From positions 640,001 through 704,000 of the forward strand of contig CAVSBQ010000002.1 in assembly GCA_963726265.1 (NCBI GenBank): DNA of 64,000 nt. Reading direction: 5' to 3'. Each line of letters starts with the position of its first letter. Within the stretch, counting starts at the first letter, position 1. The notes below the pieces were generated by a model. The model saw only the letters and a list, made by a program, of their open reading frames with translations. It had not been told where the DNA came from and made no database searches. The DNA comes from Candidatus Aenigmatarchaeota archaeon (lineage in GTDB: Archaea > Aenigmatarchaeota > Aenigmatarchaeia > QMZP01 > QMZT01). Position numbers and translations under genes: made by a program. Of the stretch, positions 50,004 through 59,319 are shown piece by piece.

Positions 50004-51724
50004 ATGAAATACTCCGAGCTTGTCGAGCTCTACGAATATCTCGAGCAGACGCCATCCCGCCTGAGCAAAACAGAGAAGATTGCCTCCTTCTTGAGGGAAG
50101 CGGATGCCAAGATACTTGACAAGGTCGTGCTGCTGATTCAGGGAAAAGTCTTCCCTGCTTATTCCGAAAAGGAAATGGGCGTCGCCGACAAGGTGATGGC
50201 AAAGGCCATAGCGTCGGCGACGGGTTTCTCGGAGAGCGACGTGAGCGGCGAGTTCAGGGATACCGGCGACCTCGGCCTCGCGGTCGAGAAACTGATGAGG
50301 ACCAGGAAGCAGAAGAACCTCGTGAGCCGCGAGCTGGAAGTGGACAAGGTCTTCGAGAACCTGCAGAAGCTCGCTTCTATCGAAGGTACGGGGCTCGCAG
50401 GACACGAAGATATCGCTCATCAAGGAACTGATATCGAGCTGCGAAGCCGAAGGAGGCGAAATACATCGTGCGCACGGTCCTTGAGCAGATGCGCATGGGC
50501 GTCGCTGAGGGCGTGCTGCGCGATTCGATTGCGGCTGCGTTTTTCGAGGCGAAGGATGCGGAAGACAAGAAGAAGATTGTCAGCGCCATCGAATGGGCAT
50601 GGTTCCTGCGGCCAGATTACGCTGAGATAGCAAAAATCGCGAAAGAGCGCGGGTTACGCGGGCTCGAAAAGGTAACCGTCGAAGTCGGCAAGCCCTACCA
50701 AGTCCTGCTCGCTGAGAAAGCGAAGGACCTGAAAGAGGCGCTGGAAACCTTCGAGAGGCCCATTGTCGAATTCAAATACGACGGCGCGCGCGTGTGCATA
50801 CACAAAAAAGGCGATAAATTATGGTTTTACACGAGGCGGCTCGAGGACGTGACGAAACAATTCCCGGACCTCGCAGAGCTCGTCATCAAGGGCGTAAAAG
50901 CGGACGCGTGCATAATAGAAGGCGAGATGCTTGGCATAGACAGGAAAAGCGGCTCGCCGCTGCCGTTCCAGCTGCTTTCCCAGAGGATAAAAAGGAAATA
51001 CGACATCGCGCAGATGGCCAAAGAGATTCCCATCCAGGTCAACCTTTTCGACATCGTTTACCTTGACGGGAAGGACCTGTTTTCCGAGCCGCTCGAAAGG
51101 CGCAAGAAAGCGCTCGAGAGCGTGGTGAAGGCCACGCCGGGCAAGTTCCAGCTCGCCGAGAGGCTCGTGACCAGAGACCTGAAAGAGGCCGAAAGGTTCT
51201 ATGAGCGCGCCCTGAAAGCGAAGCAGGAGGGCGTTATAGTCAAGAACCTCGACGCGACCTACCAGCCGGGCCGCAGGGTCGGCTACTGGCTCAAGGTCAA
51301 GCCGATAATGGAGACGCTGGACCTTGTGATTACAGGCGCGGAATGGGGCACGGGCAAGCGCACGAGCTGGCTTGGGACTTTCATACTCTCATGCAGGAAA
51401 GACGATGGATTCGCGGAATGCGGCATGATGGGCACGGGCATAAAGGAGAAGAAGGCAGTCGAAGAAGACGTTACATTCGAAGAGCTCACAAAACAGCTCA
51501 GGCCGCATATAATATCCGAGAAGGGCAATGAGGTCAGGATAGGGCCGAAAATCGTCGTGGAAGTCGCTTACGAAGAGATACAGAAGTCGCCAACCTATGC
51601 CTCTGGCTTTGCGCTGCGCTTCCCGCGGCTTGTGCGAATCAGGGTGGACAAGGCGGCTGAAGATGCGGATGACCTGGCAAGAATAGAGGAGCTTTACGCG
51701 GGCCAGAAAGGCAAGAAGACATAA
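50004..51724 (+). CDS. lig: ATP-dependent DNA ligase (two apparent +1 frameshifts near 50391 and 50440)
   Basis: KYDGAR, EGVIVK, WLKVK, LRFPR; N-terminal domain lies in another frame. Confidence 0.92.
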
Positions 51725-51885
51725 AAAACGCGCTTTTGCGCCGTTCTGGAACAAATGCCCTTTAAATATATTCACTGAGAAGTAATAAACATATATAAAG
51801 CTTTCGTTACCAATAAAAGTATAATAAAATGTTTATATAACCGAAGCTTATATTAACTATCAAGAAGGTAAAAAAGCAAGGTGAA

Positions 51886-52680
51886 ATGATGGTGGCGACG
51901 ACAAAAACTTTGGATGCTCTGAAGAGCATAGGGCTGAACCTCTACGAGAGGAAAATCTTCGTGGCTTTGTTAGCGAGAGGCGTAGCGACAGCGGGGGAGC
52001 TTTCGCAGATAGCGAACGTCCCGAGATCTAGATCGTATGACATTCTTGAATCGCTCGCGGAGAAAGGATTCGTCGTCGTCCAGCCCTCGAAGCCGATAAG
52101 ATACGTCGCTCTTGCACCGAAGGACGCGCTCGAAAGGACCAAGGACAACATGAAGAAAAGGCATGACGAAATGACCGAAAGGCTTGAAGACATGAAAGGT
52201 TCGCCAGTCATTACGGAGCTTGAGACGATATACAAAGATGGGCTCAACCTGGTGCAGCCGTTCGAGATGACGGGAACGCTCAAGGGAAGGCATTCTATAA
52301 ACCAGCACCTGAGCATGCTCATCAGGAAGGCAACCAAGGAGATAAGGATAATAACCACGGAAAGCGGCCTCAATGAGCTTTATTCGAACCACTACAACGC
52401 GCTCAAGAAGGTTTCGAAGAGAGGCGTCAAGGTCAGGATACTTGCACCAACCAGCGACACGGTGCCGGTCAAGGCCTTCGCGGAAATAGCAGAGATAAGG
52501 AACATCAAGAAGCCTCTCAACAGGGTCTTCACGTTCGACGACAAGCACGTGCTTTTCGCGCTCACGGACGACAAGAAAGTCCACCAGACACAGGACGTCG
52601 CGTTCTGGGCGCAGTCATCGCACGCGGTGAAGAGCTTCGCGGAGCCGTTCTTCAACAACGCATGGGTAGAATGCGATTAA
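51886..52680 (+). CDS. TrmB family transcriptional regulator
   Basis: GLNLYE, VPRSRSYDIL.SL..KG; PLD-like effector domain; GGTGA RBS. Confidence 0.92.
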   Translation: MMVATTKTLDALKSIGLNLYERKIFVALLARGVATAGELSQIANVPRSRSYDILESLAEKGFVVVQPSKPIRYVALAPKDALERTKDNMKKRHDEMTERLEDMKGSPVITELETIYKDGLNLVQPFEMTGTLKGRHSINQHLSMLIRKATKEIRIITTESGLNELYSNHYNALKKVSKRGVKVRILAPTSDTVPVKAFAEIAEIRNIKKPLNRVFTFDDKHVLFALTDDKKVHQTQDVAFWAQSSHAVKSFAEPFFNNAWVECD

Positions 52681-52732
52681 ACAAGAAATTAACCTTAACT
52701 TTTTTGTTTTAGCCATTATTATTTCTAAGTGT

Positions 52733-54526
52733 TTATCTCAGTTCCGCCTTCTTGAACTCCTTGGTCTTGCCTTTCCTCGTCGCCGCGCTTGAAAGCAGGC
52801 CCCATTCCTCTTCCGGCATTTCCATGAGGTCCTTGAGCGGCTCGAACCTGTGGTCCCTCATTATCGCTTCCTGGCGCCAGAAGTCCAGGCCGGTGAGCTT
52901 CAGGCCGAAATACTCTTCGGGCAGGTTCTCCGGAGGGACGTTCATTTCGAGGAATTTAGCGCACAGCTTTAGCGCGTCGACCGACTGGCGGAACGGGTCG
53001 TCGCCGCCTCCGCGCTCGAACCACAGGTAAACGTCGTAGCCCGGCTGCTTCCCGAAGCCCGTCGATCTGAGGAAATAGTTCAGCTTGTATATCTCCATGT
53101 CGCCCAGCTCTATGGGATAATGGGCATGCAGCGGATTCGGCGCATTGGAGTGGACGGAAAGCACGAACCTGCCGAAGTCGGGGGCGAGTTTCCCGAGCGT
53201 TTCTATCATTATTATGGGGTCGACGCCCTGGCCGGCGATGTGCTCCCAGTCTATGGTCATGAATATCCTGTCAGTCCTGATGGTTTTCCTGATGGTCTTT
53301 ATCGCGGCGTATATCTGCTTCGGATGCCACAGGATGTACTGGCCCGCGTATTTCGGATCTCTGGCATCGGGCATCTCTATGGTTATTTTCAGGTTCCTGG
53401 CGTTTTCCAGAAGCGTCCTCTTTTCCTCTTCCGAGCCCACTGGCAGCTGCCTGATTTCCTCGACCAGTTTACCGTTTATGAATTGCAGCGCGGCCTTCAT
53501 GTGGCCCTCGAGGAACTTCGCTCCGACTACGGCGTACCAGAATTCCTTGAACTGCCTGTCGTTCAGATCCTGCGCCTTTCTCCATGCCTCATCGAGCCAC
53601 CTGTCATCAGCATAGTTCATCTTGTATGGTGCAAGCACGTCCTTGTAGACCTCGCACATCGCAACCCATATCGGGTCCTTTGCATAAAACATGTGATGGG
53701 CCACTATGTCATACGCGTCAACATACTTGCCGTACGTGTCTATTTTCCATCTCCTGTCGTCTTGGTTGTCCTTGCCCATCTTTTCCTCGGCTGCCTTGCT
53801 AAGATATTCCCTATACAATCTTCCTTGGTCAGTTGCCACCTTGTAAGCAACTTCCTTTATTATTTGTTCTTCAACAGCCTTTGCCTTCTTTTCATTTTCC
53901 TTAAGACGCAGTTCAGGGTTTTTTTGGAGAGCTTCGTTCCATTTTTTGTCCTTCTCCCTGACTTCCATGAGGCGCACCTCGCTCATGGCCCTGCCCTCCG
54001 CCTCCTGTATTTCCTCCGCCCTCAGGATCTGGCCCACGTATTGCCTCTCGTATTCCCACATCTTCCACGCGAACCATTTTCTCAGCCTCGGATTATCATG
54101 AAGAACCTCGGAGACGAACCTGCCGTCGAAGTCGCACATGATGATTTCGAGCTTCGACGAGGTGTATGTTATCATCTCCAGCCAGAAGTGCAGGCACGCG
54201 TGGAACAGGACGTATTTGCAGCCCGAGAAAACCGCGGAGCGTATCGACTTCAGGACGTGCTCATGCGCATCTCGCCAGTCAGAGCGCTCGGGAATCTCGA
54301 AGGGCGTGGTCAGCGAGCCGTGGAAGCAGAGGTCGATGCCCTGCTTTTCCGCGAGGTCGCGTATCTCCTTGCCGATGGTGTAGTCGATTTCATGCGGCGT
54401 GTCGCCGGATATCTCAATGGAATTAGCACCTTTGGAAAGGGCATAGCCTATCTTCTTGAGCGACGTCGCCAGCTCCTCTGCCCTGGCAATATAATACAGA
54501 CCTGTGGTTACGCCAACTCTTATCAT
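52733..54526 (-). CDS. EndoIV/xylose-isomerase-like TIM barrel with a large helical insertion
   Basis: CFHGS, LFHA, TIEMP, IDWEH, SVHS, HAHYP, FERG ligand order. Confidence 0.7.
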   Translation of the reverse strand: MIRVGVTTGLYYIARAEELATSLKKIGYALSKGANSIEISGDTPHEIDYTIGKEIRDLAEKQGIDLCFHGSLTTPFEIPERSDWRDAHEHVLKSIRSAVFSGCKYVLFHACLHFWLEMITYTSSKLEIIMCDFDGRFVSEVLHDNPRLRKWFAWKMWEYERQYVGQILRAEEIQEAEGRAMSEVRLMEVREKDKKWNEALQKNPELRLKENEKKAKAVEEQIIKEVAYKVATDQGRLYREYLSKAAEEKMGKDNQDDRRWKIDTYGKYVDAYDIVAHHMFYAKDPIWVAMCEVYKDVLAPYKMNYADDRWLDEAWRKAQDLNDRQFKEFWYAVVGAKFLEGHMKAALQFINGKLVEEIRQLPVGSEEEKRTLLENARNLKITIEMPDARDPKYAGQYILWHPKQIYAAIKTIRKTIRTDRIFMTIDWEHIAGQGVDPIIMIETLGKLAPDFGRFVLSVHSNAPNPLHAHYPIELGDMEIYKLNYFLRSTGFGKQPGYDVYLWFERGGGDDPFRQSVDALKLCAKFLEMNVPPENLPEEYFGLKLTGLDFWRQEAIMRDHRFEPLKDLMEMPEEEWGLLSSAATRKGKTKEFKKAELR

Positions 54527-54547
54527 AAGTATATACCGCTTGACTTT

Positions 54548-56272
54548 TCACGGCCTCTGTCCGCTTATCCTGTAGGCGGTCTCCTTTATCAGCTCCCTGA
54601 GCTCCTCGATCTGGGCCCCGGAGTAGAGGCCGTATGTCTTCGAAATCCTTTCAGCAGAATTCAGCTCGTAAGGCCCTTCCTTCACGAAGAATCTGAGAAG
54701 CGGCTTCAGCACCTTCTTGAGACGCCTTCGCCTTTTCGTCCATCTGCCCTTCGACTCCTTCCAGGATTTTTTCCATCTCTCGGCAGCCTTTTTCTTCTCC
54801 GCCTTTTCATCATGCTTCCAGGGATAGCGCTCCTTCACCTTTTCCATCCACTTCTCTTCTTCCTTGCTCACGCCTATCAGCTTCTCGATCTCTTCCCTCA
54901 TCTTTATTCTCTTGCACTCGAGCTCAAGCAGTACGAAAAGCATGAAATTTTTAGAAACAAGGAACGGATGGAAGTGCCAGTACTGGTCCTCGACGACCAT
55001 GGGGCCGGTCGAGCCCTTCTTGTATTGGCACACGTAGTCGAGGTCGATGAAAAAATAATGCAGGAACCTTTCGTCGAGCTTCGGCGCGGGATACACCATC
55101 ATGATTTCGCTGCGTTTGCCGTAAAGGCGGCCGCCTTTCATGGAGCTTTCCATCACGCCTTTCACTTCCCTTTCCGTGAGTTCTATGTCGTATTTCGCCT
55201 CTAGCGCCACGATGTGCTCCTTCACCCAGTCGTCGAAGGTGGGTATCTCGCCCCAGCCCTGGAGTATGAGCGGCTTGCCCACTTCCTCCGGCCTTATGGG
55301 CTTCCAGAACCACAGCTTGGCGTTGACTTCCCCCTCGGGCGTGAACGACATTTTCAGGATGTCGGTCAGGTCGGAAGCGGCATCCTTTATTTCCGCCTCC
55401 TCCTTTATGCGCTTGAGCTTGTTGAGGTATGGCTTCAGCCATTCCCTGTATTCGTCGACCGACCTCCTCCTCGACTCGAGCAGGTTCTTTATCCTCGCAT
55501 AGCGCTCCCTCACGTCGGGGAAGAACAGCCTTTCCCATTCCTTGAACAGCTCGTTCTTCGTCTTCAGCACGTTCGCCTCGACGTTCGTGACACTCAGCTT
55601 TTCCCTTATGACCTTCGTGTCCGTCCATTCAGGCCTCATCTTAAGGAAATCGCCGATTATGGTGGGCCAGCGCTTCGTCATCGTGACCATCGAATAGCCC
55701 TCGCCCATGTACGCATCGACGCGGTCAATGAAAAGCGCGCGCAGGACGTGCTCGTCCTTCTTGCCCATCTCGAAATAATCAAGAATTTCGCGGTATTTCC
55801 TCTCGTCGTGCTTGAGCAGCTCGTAGTCCGCGACGGCCTGCGCCGCGGACGCGAGGCCCGCCTTCACGTGGCCTTCCAGGCGCTCTTTCTGAGCCAGCAT
55901 GGGAGCCAATGCAGGAGGAGCCACCGGCGTGACCAAGATGATCTCGTCCGCCTTCTCGACGTTATAATGCCATTTGGCCGTCCTGTATATGAAAACGTTG
56001 TATATTATTTCGGCCTGGCCTTCCAGAGCGACGTTGTTGAGGGAGACTGTCTGGTCTATGAGCGCGGGGTTGACGCAGACCTCGCCGTAAAGGCCTCCAT
56101 CCTTCCTCCCCTTATCCAGGAAATAGTCCACGACCGTGTCGTAGCCTTCGAGCTCCTTTTTCCAGCGGGCAAGCTCCCCTTTCCGTTTCTCCTCCGCTGC
56201 CATAGCCTTCGCCGCTTCCTTCTCTTCCCTTTCCATTTTTCTGAGCGGCTTTTCGAGTTCTGCTTCTGCCAT
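54548..56272 (-). CDS. Hypothetical helical/coiled-coil protein
   Basis: 574 aa ORF, K/E-rich, co-oriented with the TIM barrel gene. Confidence 0.8.
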   Translation of the reverse strand: MAEAELEKPLRKMEREEKEAAKAMAAEEKRKGELARWKKELEGYDTVVDYFLDKGRKDGGLYGEVCVNPALIDQTVSLNNVALEGQAEIIYNVFIYRTAKWHYNVEKADEIILVTPVAPPALAPMLAQKERLEGHVKAGLASAAQAVADYELLKHDERKYREILDYFEMGKKDEHVLRALFIDRVDAYMGEGYSMVTMTKRWPTIIGDFLKMRPEWTDTKVIREKLSVTNVEANVLKTKNELFKEWERLFFPDVRERYARIKNLLESRRRSVDEYREWLKPYLNKLKRIKEEAEIKDAASDLTDILKMSFTPEGEVNAKLWFWKPIRPEEVGKPLILQGWGEIPTFDDWVKEHIVALEAKYDIELTEREVKGVMESSMKGGRLYGKRSEIMMVYPAPKLDERFLHYFFIDLDYVCQYKKGSTGPMVVEDQYWHFHPFLVSKNFMLFVLLELECKRIKMREEIEKLIGVSKEEEKWMEKVKERYPWKHDEKAEKKKAAERWKKSWKESKGRWTKRRRRLKKVLKPLLRFFVKEGPYELNSAERISKTYGLYSGAQIEELRELIKETAYRISGQRP

Positions 56273-56311
56273 ACTATAATTATTTTGAACAGGAAAAGAT
56301 AAAAGTATTTT

Positions 56312-56512
56312 TCACGGGCTGAACAGCAAAAAGAAGCCCACTATGGCCGACACCAGCCCTATTACGATGCCGGCCAGGCCGAAGCTCGTCTTGGGCGCGC
56401 TCCTGTCTCCCGCCTCCTGGTGGCCAATTATGCCCGGGAAAAAAATGACCAGAAAAACGCCGGCGGCAATCAGCAGGCCACCGAAAATTTTGGAAACAAG
56501 CCACCATATCAT
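56312..56512 (-). CDS. Small 2-TM membrane protein
   Basis: Two hydrophobic helices. Confidence 0.65.
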   Translation of the reverse strand: MIWWLVSKIFGGLLIAAGVFLVIFFPGIIGHQEAGDRSAPKTSFGLAGIVIGLVSAIVGFFLLFSP

Positions 56513-56586
56513 GCAGAACACCGCCAAATGACAGGCATATCAATTTATAATTTTGTTCGCTGAAAATATAAATAGGAAGGTGCTTT

Positions 56587-57105
56587 ATGCCGCAGTTCGC
56601 TAGGACCAAGCTGCTCATACAGGAGGATTGCTACAGGGAGCGGCCGGAAAGGATAACCATAAACTACGTGGGACCGAACCCCATAAAATTATATTACAAA
56701 TTATACGAGCTGATGAAGGCTATTTTCAGGGCCGCGGACTCCGACATACAGGAGGAAAAATACAGCTGGGGAAAAGGAGAAAAGGAGAGATTCAAGGTGC
56801 GCTGGTACGTGCACAAGGACCTCGATGCTTACACGTATCTTTACATAAGGGTCGACGTAACCGGCTACGGCGACGAGAAGGCCGGCAATGCCGAAATCAG
56901 GGTAAAGCCCGTCATGAGGACCGAGTATCCGCAGGACACCATATGGCAGCGCTCGCTTTTCTACGAGATGCTCCGCGTTTTCTGGCACAGGTCTTTCTAC
57001 TACAGAAAGAGAGAGGATTACGCCGAAGACTGCAGGAACATGGTTTCTATATTCAACAGGAACGTGCACGAATTTCTGAGGCAGCTCAGGGAAGAGAGCG
57101 GGTAG
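56587..57105 (+). CDS. Hypothetical protein (paralogue A)
   Basis: 172 aa; similar to the next ORF. Confidence 0.8.
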   Translation: MPQFARTKLLIQEDCYRERPERITINYVGPNPIKLYYKLYELMKAIFRAADSDIQEEKYSWGKGEKERFKVRWYVHKDLDAYTYLYIRVDVTGYGDEKAGNAEIRVKPVMRTEYPQDTIWQRSLFYEMLRVFWHRSFYYRKREDYAEDCRNMVSIFNRNVHEFLRQLREESG

Positions 57106-57117
57106 CCCGGTGGTGTG

Positions 57118-57615
57118 ATGGGAAAGTTTGCAGTTGAGGACGATTGTTTTGCCCCAAGGCGCAACAGGTGGATAGACTACAGTGGATCCGATCCCCTGGC
57201 ATGGACCAGGGAGGCGACGGCGATATTGCGCTCCGTATGGGAGGTCACGACCACAGGCACAGGAGAACCGCGCTGGATGTGGGACTGGACGGGCGACCCG
57301 ATACAGATGTATTACAACAGGATTGCGGTCCACAACAGGACCACGGGAAGATTTTCGAAAATAATCCTCAGCGTGAAGATGGTCGGCTTCAAGGCCAAGG
57401 CGAAGAACGAGGGGACGTTCAAGATGGAGATAGAGCCGGTCGTCAGGCACGAGTTCAGGGGCAACAAGTTCGTGATGTTCATGTGGTGGATTTACTGGCA
57501 CGCTTTCTACAACACGATCAGACAGGGCATGATAGAGAGATGCAGGGCCATGGCAGAGAAGTTCATGGCCGTCATAAAGAACATATACAGCCTGGGATCG
57601 ATAGAGGAAGAATAG
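57118..57615 (+). CDS. Hypothetical protein (paralogue B)
   Basis: About 165 aa; shares EDxC, IxYxG, W and FY...C motifs with paralogue A. Confidence 0.8.
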   Translation: MGKFAVEDDCFAPRRNRWIDYSGSDPLAWTREATAILRSVWEVTTTGTGEPRWMWDWTGDPIQMYYNRIAVHNRTTGRFSKIILSVKMVGFKAKAKNEGTFKMEIEPVVRHEFRGNKFVMFMWWIYWHAFYNTIRQGMIERCRAMAEKFMAVIKNIYSLGSIEEE

Positions 57616-57670
57616 AATACCCATTTATGATAAGCATAACATTTTTAAGTAACGGTAAGAATAAGCTTAC

Positions 57671-58324
57671 ATGAAGGTCGCCTGGCTCGACGTGATGACG
57701 GAACTCGCCAGGCGCAGGACCCGCGTCACGACGCTTGAGCTTGCCAAAAGGCTCGACTCCTCCCAGCAGACTATTTCAAGGAAAATCAGGGAGCTCGAGA
57801 AGGCAGGCCTGATCGAGAGGACGCTTTCGAAGGGCCAGTTCATAACGTTCACGGACGAGGGAAGACAATTCATGAGAAAAAAATATCTCGAGCTCAAAGC
57901 CATAATGGAGCGGCCTGAAAGCGAGGCCGTCGCGTTCGCCGGCGCAGTCGTTTCCGGCTCAGGCGAAGGGAAATACTATATCGGCCAGGACGAATATTTT
58001 CTGCAGTTCCACGAGAGGCTCGGCTTCCGCCCGTTTCTGGGCACGCTCAACGTCCGCCTCAAGAGCGTGCATGACATCAGGGCAAAGAGCGAGATGGAGA
58101 AGATGAAACATATCATTGTCCACGGTTTCAGAAGGGAAAGCAGGGCTTTCGGGGACATACGATGCTATCCGTGCGTTGTAAACAGAAAGGTAAAGGGGGC
58201 CATAATAATACCGGTGAGGACGCACCACCCTTCGGACGTCGTCGAAGTCATAGCGCCCGTTGACCTGAGAAAGGCCCTGGCCCTCAGGGACAACGATCAC
58301 GTTCACCTGGAGATAAGGGTTTGA
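57671..58324 (+). CDS. ribK: CTP-dependent riboflavin kinase with N-terminal HTH (RbkR-type)
   Basis: SQQTISR HTH; SGSGEGKYY, PFLGTLN, RTHH, EVIAPVDLR. Confidence 0.93.
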   Translation: MKVAWLDVMTELARRRTRVTTLELAKRLDSSQQTISRKIRELEKAGLIERTLSKGQFITFTDEGRQFMRKKYLELKAIMERPESEAVAFAGAVVSGSGEGKYYIGQDEYFLQFHERLGFRPFLGTLNVRLKSVHDIRAKSEMEKMKHIIVHGFRRESRAFGDIRCYPCVVNRKVKGAIIIPVRTHHPSDVVEVIAPVDLRKALALRDNDHVHLEIRV

Positions 58325-58341
58325 AGCTTATCGGGATTTTT

Positions 58342-59289
58342 ATGTTCAAGCCAGACAAGAAAACATTTTCCATGCCCGTGCTCGGAGCGATAGCCATAGC
58401 CTTTGCGGCCGCGCTCTGGGGAGTTGACGGCGTGCTGCTGAGGCCGACGCTTTACCATCTCGACGTCGCGGTGGTCGTGTTCCTCGAGCATGCCATAGCG
58501 TTCTGCTACATGGCATTCCTGCTGGTCATTGAAAGAGATGAGCTCAGGAAGCTGAAGCCCAGGGACTGGGGCTCTTTCGCGTGGGTGGGCCTTTTCGGCG
58601 GCGCGATAGGGACGATGGCAATAACCTCGGCGCTCTTCTTCGTCGACTTCATCCAGCTCTCGGCCGTCATCATACTGCAGAAGATGCAGCCCGTTTTCGC
58701 GATAGCGCTTGCCGCGCTCGTGCTCAGGGAAAAGCCGAAAAAGAACTTTTTCCTATGGGCTGCCGTCGCGCTCATGGGCAGCTATTTCGTGACCTTCGGC
58801 TTTGAGCAGCCGGTTTTCAGCGCCGAGAACAAGATGCTCGTGGCAGCCGCGCTTTCGTTGCTGGCGGCGTTCGCCTTCGGCTCCTCGACGACCTTCAGCA
58901 AGAGAGCGATACAGAAGGTCAATTTCCGCGTGGGGACGTATCTCAGGTTCGGCATCACCACGCTGATAATGTTCCTGATAATAATTTCAACCGGCAGAAT
59001 ATCGAACATCACCGCCGTCGCGCCGGCCAATTATCTGACGCTCCTGCTCATCGCTTTCTCGACGGGCGGCGTCGCAATATTCATTTATTATTACGGCCTG
59101 AAGCGCGTGAGCGCCTCGAAATCGACGATATACGAGTTGACGTTCCCGGCGACCGCGATAGTCCTTGAATTTATCATCCGCGGCAAAACGCTCTCCATTG
59201 GGCAGTGGCTGGGAACAGCGATATTGCTTCTGGCAATCTACAGGATAGTCTCTGCCAAGGTCGAAAGCCAGCCCACCCAGTTCGAGTAA
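58342..59289 (+). CDS. DMT/EamA family transporter
   Basis: About 10 TM segments, two EamA repeats. Confidence 0.9.
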   Translation: MFKPDKKTFSMPVLGAIAIAFAAALWGVDGVLLRPTLYHLDVAVVVFLEHAIAFCYMAFLLVIERDELRKLKPRDWGSFAWVGLFGGAIGTMAITSALFFVDFIQLSAVIILQKMQPVFAIALAALVLREKPKKNFFLWAAVALMGSYFVTFGFEQPVFSAENKMLVAAALSLLAAFAFGSSTTFSKRAIQKVNFRVGTYLRFGITTLIMFLIIISTGRISNITAVAPANYLTLLLIAFSTGGVAIFIYYYGLKRVSASKSTIYELTFPATAIVLEFIIRGKTLSIGQWLGTAILLLAIYRIVSAKVESQPTQFE

Positions 59290-59319
59290 CGAGGCAGCAG
59301 GACCGGTCAGAATGAAAAC

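Noticed and set aside
53120..55204. 694 aa plus-strand ORF (and 55214-56302)
   Set aside because: Antisense shadow of two minus-strand genes; L/V/F-rich composition typical of reverse frames and no motifs.
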